Shown: positions 47,795 through 56,885 of the stretch, piece after piece
Numbering within the stretch: position 1 is the stretch's first letter
How the letters are laid out: every line of letters begins with the position of its first letter
Virus record (IMG/VR): IMGVR_UViG_3300007735_000794
Location: 34,069-98,068 of that record
Origin: a virus
Direction: 5' to 3' (one strand)
DNA: 64,000 nucleotides
Notes under the pieces: model-generated
Databases searched by the model: none
Told to the model about the DNA's origin: nothing
Seen by the model: only the letters and a program-made list of their open reading frames with translations
Position numbers and translations under genes: made by a program

Positions 47795-49735
47795 ATGCCA
47801 AAAATTCTAATTCAAAACAATCAAAAAATTGAGTTCATAAAAAACAGCGCAAGAATAATCAATCATTATGAAAATAGCAACGGGAAAATATACTTTACGT
47901 ATGAAATAAAATTCAATACATCAGAAAGCAAGCTAAATGAGCAGTTGTTCGTGGGTGCATCATTCACAAATCCAATAGAAAAGCAACAAAGCATGTTTTC
48001 AAAAAACAAAAATCAAGCAACTAAGACTGCATTAGACGAAATCAAAGACTTTGATAGCAAGCGTTTTGCGTCGCTAAATTCAAAAGAAAAGTCATACGTT
48101 ATGAAAAAATCGATTGATTCAAATGCACTAAAACAAAAAATAATTCAATTTGATATTGAGTACACAAATTCATCATATCGAAATATGTTCATATTTGTCT
48201 ACGTTCAACATGGTAATGTGCAAGAGATACTCGCTTCTATAACAATAGACACATCAGAGCTTATAAAATGGTATGAATTACCATACAGCGATTTCAATAT
48301 ACACACAGACATTGTAAAGAATCATATGCGAAGAATTATTGTGAAATCAAATGACAAGAGAATCAAAAAATTTATCATTTTTACAAACGAATATTATGGT
48401 GCAAATGATTCGCAAAAAGACACATCATTGAAAACGCAAGAAATGATTGTCAAAAATAACATTGCATCAATTGACTTATTTGAAAAATCTAGCACTGCAA
48501 AACAGTACAGAATCGTACCTGTATCGTTTTTAAATGATACAATGCTAAGTCAATATAATGCAGTAGATGTTAATCAAACTGAGCTAAATAATGCAGATTG
48601 TATCATTTACCCAATTAACGTTTCTTCTAACAATGCAATAATTTGTATTACGTCACTGCCAAAAAATTGTATAACAGCATATCTTGTAAGAAAGAATCTA
48701 ACACAAAAAGAGTTATTGTATTCAATTATAAATTTTGCAACAACAAGAAGTGCAGAAACGATTCAATTTGAAGACATGACAATCAATGCATATAATTCAT
48801 ATGATTATCGCGTCATTTTTGAGATGTATGATGGATCAAAAATGACGTCAACAGCAAACTGCGTTATAAGACCGCAGTTGTTAAACGAAATTGCAATACT
48901 CACAGTCGATCAGACAAATGAAACAATTGAGAATAATAATATTGCGAGAACATTCTCAGTAAGCGTTGAATACACACAATCATCAAGCACAAGTAAAATT
49001 GTTAATGATTTGAAAAAGTTAGGAATTGATAATTTATTTCAAAATGAAATTAAAAATCTTTCAACGCAGCTTGATCCACTAATCGGAATCTTTGTTACGA
49101 AGACAAATATCACATTGGGCACAGAAGAAAGAATTGGTATATTCGAAAAAGGTGAAATTAAATTAACAGACTCTACAAATTATGATATTGTTTATAGATT
49201 TGAGATTTGCCTGAAAACAGTTCCAGACATGATAGAAGAAATTGGTACGTCATCAGACTTTGTTAATTACAATGATAGCAATCGATTGACTGTTTCGTCA
49301 AATGTTCTTACAATGCGAGCATTTGATAATAAAGAAAACTTTACACAGAAATTTTATAGCAAAAAAATGCAAGAGACGGGTGCATTACAATACGGAAAGA
49401 CAAAGAATTCAAATACGACCGGTGTTGAATCAGGTAGAACAAATATTTTTCAAACTCTATTTTATAAAAATAGAAAAAAACAGCCTACGATTGTTTCAAC
49501 AAGAATATTAGACAAGGGAAATGGTACGATTTTATCGTGGAATGCATCAAACCTTGACAGCGTTGACAAATTTGAAATTCACAATAGCAAAGGGAGAATT
49601 GCAAATTGCATAGCAGATACTAATATTGATACGTACTACGCAACGACTAGAGAAAGCATCAATGAAAAATACTTAGTTAAAGCAGTCTTAAAATCGGGCG
49701 GAACGATCATAAAGGAATTTGAAAATGAAACCTAA
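47795..49735 (+). CDS. Putative structural protein (Ig/FN3-like beta domains)
   Basis: 646 aa. FED....YNSYDYRV and LSWN...YLVKA patterns. Confidence 0.55.
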   Translation: MPKILIQNNQKIEFIKNSARIINHYENSNGKIYFTYEIKFNTSESKLNEQLFVGASFTNPIEKQQSMFSKNKNQATKTALDEIKDFDSKRFASLNSKEKSYVMKKSIDSNALKQKIIQFDIEYTNSSYRNMFIFVYVQHGNVQEILASITIDTSELIKWYELPYSDFNIHTDIVKNHMRRIIVKSNDKRIKKFIIFTNEYYGANDSQKDTSLKTQEMIVKNNIASIDLFEKSSTAKQYRIVPVSFLNDTMLSQYNAVDVNQTELNNADCIIYPINVSSNNAIICITSLPKNCITAYLVRKNLTQKELLYSIINFATTRSAETIQFEDMTINAYNSYDYRVIFEMYDGSKMTSTANCVIRPQLLNEIAILTVDQTNETIENNNIARTFSVSVEYTQSSSTSKIVNDLKKLGIDNLFQNEIKNLSTQLDPLIGIFVTKTNITLGTEERIGIFEKGEIKLTDSTNYDIVYRFEICLKTVPDMIEEIGTSSDFVNYNDSNRLTVSSNVLTMRAFDNKENFTQKFYSKKMQETGALQYGKTKNSNTTGVESGRTNIFQTLFYKNRKKQPTIVSTRILDKGNGTILSWNASNLDSVDKFEIHNSKGRIANCIADTNIDTYYATTRESINEKYLVKAVLKSGGTIIKEFENET

Positions 49736-52700
49736 TTTGTCATTTACAACTGGCAAAGAATCAATCGCGAGTCCTGTTGACATATCGACAGGAAAAAGCT
49801 TCACTGTAAAAAGAGACTTGCGCACAAAAAGTGCATCGTCAACAGCGGCAAACGATGCATTGACAATAAACAAATCAGGATATGATGAGTTTATATCAAA
49901 AAAAGGCGTGAATTCAGCAGTGCCAACTGTATTATCAATAGTTCCGCTTAAACAGCGTGAAGTAGAAAAATCAATTATAAACATACAACACACGCTAAAC
50001 AAGACGACATTGACTGACGTTCAAAATATCATTATGAACACAACGTCTTCATTTTCACAAAATGAACTTGCAGAATTTGACGCTGGTTTTACTGATAATT
50101 TTAAGGGAACTGTTGAAAAAATATCTGCTGTTTATAAAGCTAAAGCAGACTATCTTTCATTTATTTCTAATTTAACAACGCTTGCAACATCTGATGTTGA
50201 AACATGGATTTTGCTAAACCCTGTAATAGAATCAAAAAATTCTTCTTATACAATTGATTTTTCTGTTAAAAATACAAGTGGAATCAAATCGTCTCTTACG
50301 CTTGACACGTGGCTCAAAGATGAGTTGCATGTCAATGACATCGCTGGGCGATTTAATATCACAAAAATGCTGCAAGCGCTTAGAAATAGCTACGCAATGC
50401 TAAGGATGGGCGATATTAGTTCAGTTCAGTCAACAGATTCTACATTTAAGCTTGAAAAAGTAAAAAATGATGTATACGAGCAGTCAGTCAATTTTTTGAA
50501 TTCAATATACGATAAGTCAATTACATTGTCAAATTCAAGTCTAGAACAGATGATTGATAATTCATTATCAATACTCAGCAAAGATGTAAGTTTACAATTT
50601 TCAAGTGGATTTTCAGGCGAAGGCGAAAATGTCAAAAGTCAATTCGCATCATTGCTGGGAAATGTTGCAAAGCACAACTATGAACAAGACCTCACATCAG
50701 ACAAAAACTCAGGCGTATTTTTTGATCTTTTGAATCAAAAAAGCAACAATAAATTTGTGTTAAGCATTGACAACAACCTTACATCGCAAGATTCTCTTAG
50801 CAAGTATATTAATGCAGATCAACATTATCTGATTGGACCTCTTTCGACAAATTTGAAATTGATGAATGAACGTCTTACAGAATTTCAAGGGAATTATCAA
50901 AAGATTTATGATGGTTTGAATTCATTAAAATCAAAAATGCAACTCAATAATGACGCAAGAGTATTTTTTGCATTTTTCAAAAGTCTTTCTTCATATTGCG
51001 ATAAGACTTTTATGACAGAAATTCCTGCACATGAAATGTTAAATAGCATGACACGATTTTTAATTTTTCAACAATCAATAACAAATTTTGACTTATTACG
51101 ATCAGTTTTAAGAATAATGATGTTTAGAGACAGACTGCGAAATGCGCAAGACTACGAGCAAGATGAAACGAAAGCAGACGTCTTGCGTGCAAAGTCAAAA
51201 GCACAAATAAAGGGATTGTGCAAAAAAATTGCTTTATCCCAATTTGGGCTTAAAGAAGGCGCAAAAGCAAACACATATTCGCCCGATGATTTATGCATTT
51301 CAAATGCATCAAAAATATTTACTTCAAAAATAGGCGGAACATCATCAACATTGGACGATTCGCCACAAACAATCGAATTAACTGATACACAAATTCGTGA
51401 TGCATATCAAGACTTATTTGATGCACTAATTGTTGAAGATTACACACAATTTGACATTTTTTATGATGCTGCAAAATCACTTGAAGGTACAGGTTACAGC
51501 ATTACGTCTACGCAAATGACAAATGATGACCCACTCACAGCAAAAGTAGGAATAGTCGATCAATTCATTAACTCAAATAGAGACCACAGAGCTATTACTT
51601 TCTTTATTAAAGCGATGTTGTGGTTTAAGAATTTGCAAACTATTGATGGCAATGCATCATTTTACTGTGCTAATTCATTGTCAAACAATGCTTATTCGTC
51701 GACAGATAGCGGAGCGTCTTCTGTCGTTTCTACGTTAACTGTTCAATTTAACTATGATGTAACATTTTTTGCAAGAATGCAAGCAATAATTGACACATTA
51801 ATTTCATTGCCAAATGTTATGACAAGTCAAGATCTAGAACTAGCAAGAAAAACTGCTACATTCAAGTCTGTCATTGATTCAAACAAGTCAATCAAGTCTG
51901 ATATCGAAAAAGAGGCAACTACTCTTGCAACAACACTCGGATTCACTAATTATGAGAATGTTACAATAAGCGACAAAGGCACGCTTGAATTGATCGAAAC
52001 GTTAACAGACGAAATTTGGACATTGTATGATAAAAATATCGCTGTATTGCTTGATTCAATCTTAAAACCTGTAATAAAGAAGTCACAATACGTTTATGAA
52101 ACATTTGAATATATGACAAATTACTTGTCAAAAACAATATCATTGTTAGAAATCGCATCTAGCGCTGCAAGTAGCTATATTTCATCATATGGCGAAAATA
52201 TTTCAACACTTTACACAAACAATGCTTTGTCATTATTGAAAAATATAGAAGAAAACGGGCTTAACACAACGAAAGATTTGAATCTTTACACGCGCAGCAT
52301 GTTTCAAGATGACACATACTTGAAGGGTATGTTGACATATGCTAATAACGCGCTACCAAACACCGAAGACAGTTTTGTTGTGATTGTAGGAATTCCATAT
52401 GGAATGCTTGAAAGAATGGGTTCATACAGGCAAAACATTGAAAGAAATGTAAATGTAAAATTGACATTCAGAGACATAAATCTAGGAACAAAGACAATTT
52501 ATGAATTAACAACAACTTATCCAGCGTCATCTTTTATTAATGAATATACACAGAAGTATAGCACAAATGATTATGCAAGCAATAATGCATTAATTGATGC
52601 AACAAATTTATTTTATCTTGATATCAATGAATCAATCATAATTGATGATTTCACATCAAATGAAGCAAAAACAAATGAGTTAAAATCAAAATCAGTAATT

Positions 52701-53096
52701 GAATATTTGAAAATTCTGTACGGCATTGATTTTAGTCAGCAGTCATTTGTGCAAAATGATAACGTGAATGTTGATAGCGACTATATTAATACAAAAAATT
52801 CAATTGAAAAAGTGACGACAACTCTTAAGAAGTTGAATCTCGATGATTTAATCTTGTCAAGATATACAAATGCTGTAAGTAATTCTGCAGGATTTAAAAA
52901 ATCAACATTGCAAAAACAAGCTTTACAAGGTCCTGTTTTTGATAAAATAATTGCGATTCCAATTGATGGCGATTTGTTGCGTGCTTCAAATATCGAATAC
53001 TTAAATGATATGATAACAACAATCGACATGTCATTTGGTAATGAAATTACGCAAAATACAATCGATATTCAACGCACAATAAGTGTAAGGGGTTAG
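49725..53096 (+). CDS. Large putative structural protein
   Basis: About 1123 aa ORF in the tail operon, no recognised motif. Confidence 0.55.
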   Translation: MKPNLSFTTGKESIASPVDISTGKSFTVKRDLRTKSASSTAANDALTINKSGYDEFISKKGVNSAVPTVLSIVPLKQREVEKSIINIQHTLNKTTLTDVQNIIMNTTSSFSQNELAEFDAGFTDNFKGTVEKISAVYKAKADYLSFISNLTTLATSDVETWILLNPVIESKNSSYTIDFSVKNTSGIKSSLTLDTWLKDELHVNDIAGRFNITKMLQALRNSYAMLRMGDISSVQSTDSTFKLEKVKNDVYEQSVNFLNSIYDKSITLSNSSLEQMIDNSLSILSKDVSLQFSSGFSGEGENVKSQFASLLGNVAKHNYEQDLTSDKNSGVFFDLLNQKSNNKFVLSIDNNLTSQDSLSKYINADQHYLIGPLSTNLKLMNERLTEFQGNYQKIYDGLNSLKSKMQLNNDARVFFAFFKSLSSYCDKTFMTEIPAHEMLNSMTRFLIFQQSITNFDLLRSVLRIMMFRDRLRNAQDYEQDETKADVLRAKSKAQIKGLCKKIALSQFGLKEGAKANTYSPDDLCISNASKIFTSKIGGTSSTLDDSPQTIELTDTQIRDAYQDLFDALIVEDYTQFDIFYDAAKSLEGTGYSITSTQMTNDDPLTAKVGIVDQFINSNRDHRAITFFIKAMLWFKNLQTIDGNASFYCANSLSNNAYSSTDSGASSVVSTLTVQFNYDVTFFARMQAIIDTLISLPNVMTSQDLELARKTATFKSVIDSNKSIKSDIEKEATTLATTLGFTNYENVTISDKGTLELIETLTDEIWTLYDKNIAVLLDSILKPVIKKSQYVYETFEYMTNYLSKTISLLEIASSAASSYISSYGENISTLYTNNALSLLKNIEENGLNTTKDLNLYTRSMFQDDTYLKGMLTYANNALPNTEDSFVVIVGIPYGMLERMGSYRQNIERNVNVKLTFRDINLGTKTIYELTTTYPASSFINEYTQKYSTNDYASNNALIDATNLFYLDINESIIIDDFTSNEAKTNELKSKSVIEYLKILYGIDFSQQSFVQNDNVNVDSDYINTKNSIEKVTTTLKKLNLDDLILSRYTNAVSNSAGFKKSTLQKQALQGPVFDKIIAIPIDGDLLRASNIEYLNDMITTIDMSFGNEITQNTIDIQRTISVRG

Positions 53097-53097
53097 A

Positions 53098-54894
53098 TTG
53101 TCAAATTTTACATATCCAGCACTTCCAGCCGTTGTTGCAGGTCTAAAAAATCCAGAAATAGTCGATGCAAAATTTGTATACAATTATTTTATGTCTGACG
53201 AGCGCGTTAATGAAAAATCACTAATCCAACAAGCCGATGGTGTAACTGATCAAGCGTATTTTGTCTCGAGACAAAAACAACAACCTCGATTCGTCAAATT
53301 AACATTCAAACAAGCAGCATACAACGCAGAAAATATCAATATCAACAATGTGATATCTGCGGGCGCGCAAATAATGTATGAAGATGCGCCATTTAATCAA
53401 AATACATCTGCAATAAAAGTTGCAGATACAGTTGCAGATCAAAGAGCATATTTAGTTGCTTCTGCATCAAATAGCGACCTTTTCTTCGACAACAAATCAC
53501 TATTTGATTCTACAATGCTAGATGAATCTCATATGGCTGCAATAGACACATCAAATTCAAAATCATTTATCTTTAATGCCCTAAAAAATATACAGTCAGC
53601 AGGCTATCAATACGCGAAGACAGATGCAAGTGACATTGTAAGAAGCGACTTTTTAAATGACATAAAAGGATTCTCTGCTAGCATTTCATTAAGCAATTTA
53701 TTCATTTCTGACATAGTAGAGAATATCATTTCGAATGAGACGACAATATTCGCAGATGAATTTGCATCTACAAAATCAAAAGCAAAACAGATTCAAAAAA
53801 AATCAAGAATTTCAACAAATACATTTGTACTTTCCGCAGAAGATTATGATCTTACAATTCCGTATTATGAATATGAACTTCTTGATGCTGTAAGCGTCGA
53901 ATCAACAGACGTTGTCGTCACGCATGTTGGATTTGCAATAGAAAAATACGGACAAAATATTGATGGCTCGCTAAAGATTTATGACACATTCTATCTTGAT
54001 GCAGGAAGTAATGACTTATACGACTATGAAGTGAGATATGGCGGGTTGTACACGTACGTAGTGAGATCAATTTTTCAAATAACAATATACGCTGCAGTCG
54101 TAACAAATTCAGGAACTTCTACACAAATTGCAAAAACAAAAATGTTGTTTGGAACATCAGGCAAGAACAACGATGTCTTTTGCATTGAAGAAACGCCTCC
54201 ACCTGCGCCCGATGATGTATACTTTAGACTGTTACCTACAGGTGACTTGTTTATTGGTTGGAAATTTCCATTTAACAAACAGCGTGATATTAAAAAATTT
54301 CAAGTATTCAGGCGCAAGACTTTACAAGAGTCATTTGAGCTTATAAAGCAACTTGATTTTGATGATTCAATCGTGAAATCACCTAATATCGAAAATGTTC
54401 CATCAATTTTGATAGAAAAGCATTCACAACCAACATGCTTGTTTGTTGATAAGACATTCAATGTAAATTCAAAATTTATTTATGCAATTGCAAGTATTGA
54501 TGCCCACGGATATTCATCGAACTATTCAACGCAGTACGAAGTCAATGTTAATCTCTACACAGAATCGTTGATCATCAAAGCAGTAGTTAGAAAAGATTGC
54601 CCAAAACCATATCCAAATCTTTATATCAATCAAGACTTTTTTGTTGATTTAGTAAAAGATTCTAATCATACAAAAATGTCAATTTTTCTAGATCCCGATT
54701 ATTCTGATATGTATAATAATGCAGGTAAAAAATTAGGGATTATGGCATTCAATAATAAGCGCGCATCTTATAAACTTCATATTCTTGAAACAAATCTTGC
54801 GCAAGATCAAATATTAGACATTACATTGAAAAATGAAAAACTCCCTGTTGAAATTCCGGCGAGTGAAGCAAAAGTTTACACACAAGTAAGATAA
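53098..54894 (+). CDS. Putative structural protein with FN3-like domains
   Basis: D.EVRYGGLYTY, PPPAPDD...IGW...FQVFRR...YAIASIDAHG.SS.YS. TTG start. Confidence 0.6.
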   Translation: MSNFTYPALPAVVAGLKNPEIVDAKFVYNYFMSDERVNEKSLIQQADGVTDQAYFVSRQKQQPRFVKLTFKQAAYNAENININNVISAGAQIMYEDAPFNQNTSAIKVADTVADQRAYLVASASNSDLFFDNKSLFDSTMLDESHMAAIDTSNSKSFIFNALKNIQSAGYQYAKTDASDIVRSDFLNDIKGFSASISLSNLFISDIVENIISNETTIFADEFASTKSKAKQIQKKSRISTNTFVLSAEDYDLTIPYYEYELLDAVSVESTDVVVTHVGFAIEKYGQNIDGSLKIYDTFYLDAGSNDLYDYEVRYGGLYTYVVRSIFQITIYAAVVTNSGTSTQIAKTKMLFGTSGKNNDVFCIEETPPPAPDDVYFRLLPTGDLFIGWKFPFNKQRDIKKFQVFRRKTLQESFELIKQLDFDDSIVKSPNIENVPSILIEKHSQPTCLFVDKTFNVNSKFIYAIASIDAHGYSSNYSTQYEVNVNLYTESLIIKAVVRKDCPKPYPNLYINQDFFVDLVKDSNHTKMSIFLDPDYSDMYNNAGKKLGIMAFNNKRASYKLHILETNLAQDQILDITLKNEKLPVEIPASEAKVYTQVR

Positions 54895-54919
54895 TTTTTA
54901 ACGTGATATTTTTATGCAA

Positions 54920-54926
54920 ATAATTA
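54920..54926 (+). promoter_or_regulatory. Putative late promoter ATAATTA
   Basis: Upstream of an AGAGGA SD and the ATG at 54945. Confidence 0.5.
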
Positions 54927-54944
54927 AAAAAGAGGAAGTCGACA

Positions 54945-55637
54945 ATGGCATTTCTTAGACAAGACACAGGCAACATTGTTATTGACGCAGTATTGACTGA
55001 TATCGGCCGCGCAAAACTTGCGCAAGGCAATTTTTCAATTTTTTCTTTTGCTTTTGGCGACGACGAAATCGACTACAGCGTTATTGAAAAATACGGACAA
55101 ACAGTCGGAAAAGAAAAAATTGAAAAGAATACACCGATTTTCGAAGCCTTGACGAACACGAACTTAGCAATTAAAAGTACGCTAACTTCATTGTCAAAGC
55201 CAAATCAGCTATATATGCCACAAATGACAATTAATGGTTTGTCTTCTGGCATTTTGACAATTAACGAAGGTAGCTCATCAAAAGGCGTGTCAATTAGCGT
55301 TGCAATGAGTTCAACGATTGGTGGATCAGTTCCAGCAGAATTAGTTGACAACGTGTTCATTGTTTACGTCAATCGTTTGTTCTTGTCTGTATCGGGTCAA
55401 GTTCCAATAAATTCGCAAGCGCTATCAAACAATCCTGCAATGAATACAGCACGTTATGAGATTGCATCGACTACAAGCACAACACCAATAACATTAAATG
55501 CAAAAAGTATTCCGCAAGCAACGTATAATACATACTCAGCATTTTCCGGCGGATCATACATAAAAACATTTGTAAGAGTTGTAGGAAGAAATTCAGGAAT
55601 AAGCAAAGACTTTGAAGTAAGAATCGCAGGAACCTAA
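54945..55637 (+). CDS. Putative baseplate or tail-collar protein
   Basis: IDAVLTDIGRAKLAQG...FAFGDDEIDY...TPIFEA. Confidence 0.65.
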   Translation: MAFLRQDTGNIVIDAVLTDIGRAKLAQGNFSIFSFAFGDDEIDYSVIEKYGQTVGKEKIEKNTPIFEALTNTNLAIKSTLTSLSKPNQLYMPQMTINGLSSGILTINEGSSSKGVSISVAMSSTIGGSVPAELVDNVFIVYVNRLFLSVSGQVPINSQALSNNPAMNTARYEIASTTSTTPITLNAKSIPQATYNTYSAFSGGSYIKTFVRVVGRNSGISKDFEVRIAGT

Positions 55638-55646
55638 GAGGATTAA

Positions 55647-56870
55647 ATGATCAAACTACTTTCGCCAGACGACATCAAAACAAGCACGTCATATCTTAAT
55701 CAATTAGTCGATATTCTCCCAGAAAATATTAGCGGTTCTGCGTCTCGTAGAACATATGATGTATTTGTTACATCTTCTGCTGGATCAACTATTTCTTCAA
55801 TCACTTCATCGTTATTTGAAACAGTGTACGATCAAGATTACACAACAGTTACAGCAAATGAAATTCTTGATATGACAGTAGGCTTATATGTTTCATCAAG
55901 CACTGTGACTGGCTCATCTTACGTCGGTCTTGATTCTGTGGGCAAATTGTTATTTACATCTCAGTCTGTTATGATGCGTGAAAAAGTTGGAATTTATCAA
56001 GAATACGCGCAAGTTTTGTTAGGTGACAAAGATCAACAATTCACATCACCATTTACAATTACAACAGAAGACAATACAGCAAAAATAGACGAAGCGTTGT
56101 TTATCAACTTTAAGCGATTGTTTACAAGAGACAAAATTAAACCAGAAACTTTTGCAATGCGTTTCTATACAACAGCAGCAATTGATGATACAACACCAAC
56201 ATATCCAAGCTATGCAAATCTTGCAATCACTTCACTTTCTGGTTCCAAAGTATTCTCAGATGTTGGAGCTGCAACATCCGTTCAATATTCGTATGGCGGT
56301 CAAGTCGGTAATATCGTTGATGCTGCAAGCACAACATCAAATGTCGGTCTAATTTTCTATGATCAGGGCATTGCCGTACTTGATCTTAAAAAGATAACAT
56401 CAGGATCGCAGCATATGTCGGGTACAATTAGTGCTGTAGGGACATCTACGTCTACAATCACAATGGGCAAAGTTGGTGCAGGTAACGCATCTGCGAAGTT
56501 TATTCCCGACTTTCTCGTATCAGGCTCGATTAATGACATTGTGAAACACATTGCGCAATGTAGATTCAATTCAGGCTCAGACACGGCAATCACATTCCAA
56601 AATATTACGAATATAAATTCGACGCTAGTTTTCTGCAGAGCAACTGCAGATGAGTTTAATTACTCAACAAATCCGACTGCAACAGACACAAATGGAAGAA
56701 TCGTTGTAATTGATGAAGGTCAAGAAGACACACAACGCACATTCTCGTTTATAACCTCAGTGGGTTTGTATGACACTGCAGGTGATTTGCTTGCAGTTGC
56801 AAAACTTAGCAGACCAATAGAAAAGAATGATGAAAAGGATCTCACAATTAGAGCAAGGCTTGACTTCTAG
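55647..56870 (+). CDS. Putative baseplate or tail protein
   Basis: C-terminus EFNYSTNPT...ITSVGLYD...LLAVAKLSRPIEK...RLDF. Confidence 0.65.
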   Translation: MIKLLSPDDIKTSTSYLNQLVDILPENISGSASRRTYDVFVTSSAGSTISSITSSLFETVYDQDYTTVTANEILDMTVGLYVSSSTVTGSSYVGLDSVGKLLFTSQSVMMREKVGIYQEYAQVLLGDKDQQFTSPFTITTEDNTAKIDEALFINFKRLFTRDKIKPETFAMRFYTTAAIDDTTPTYPSYANLAITSLSGSKVFSDVGAATSVQYSYGGQVGNIVDAASTTSNVGLIFYDQGIAVLDLKKITSGSQHMSGTISAVGTSTSTITMGKVGAGNASAKFIPDFLVSGSINDIVKHIAQCRFNSGSDTAITFQNITNINSTLVFCRATADEFNYSTNPTATDTNGRIVVIDEGQEDTQRTFSFITSVGLYDTAGDLLAVAKLSRPIEKNDEKDLTIRARLDF

Positions 56871-56885
56871 TCAAAGAATCGATGA

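Noticed and set aside
49725-53096. Tape measure protein
   Set aside because: Large and partly helical, but lacks the Ala/Gly-rich periodic repeats typical of tape measures; left as unknown structural protein.
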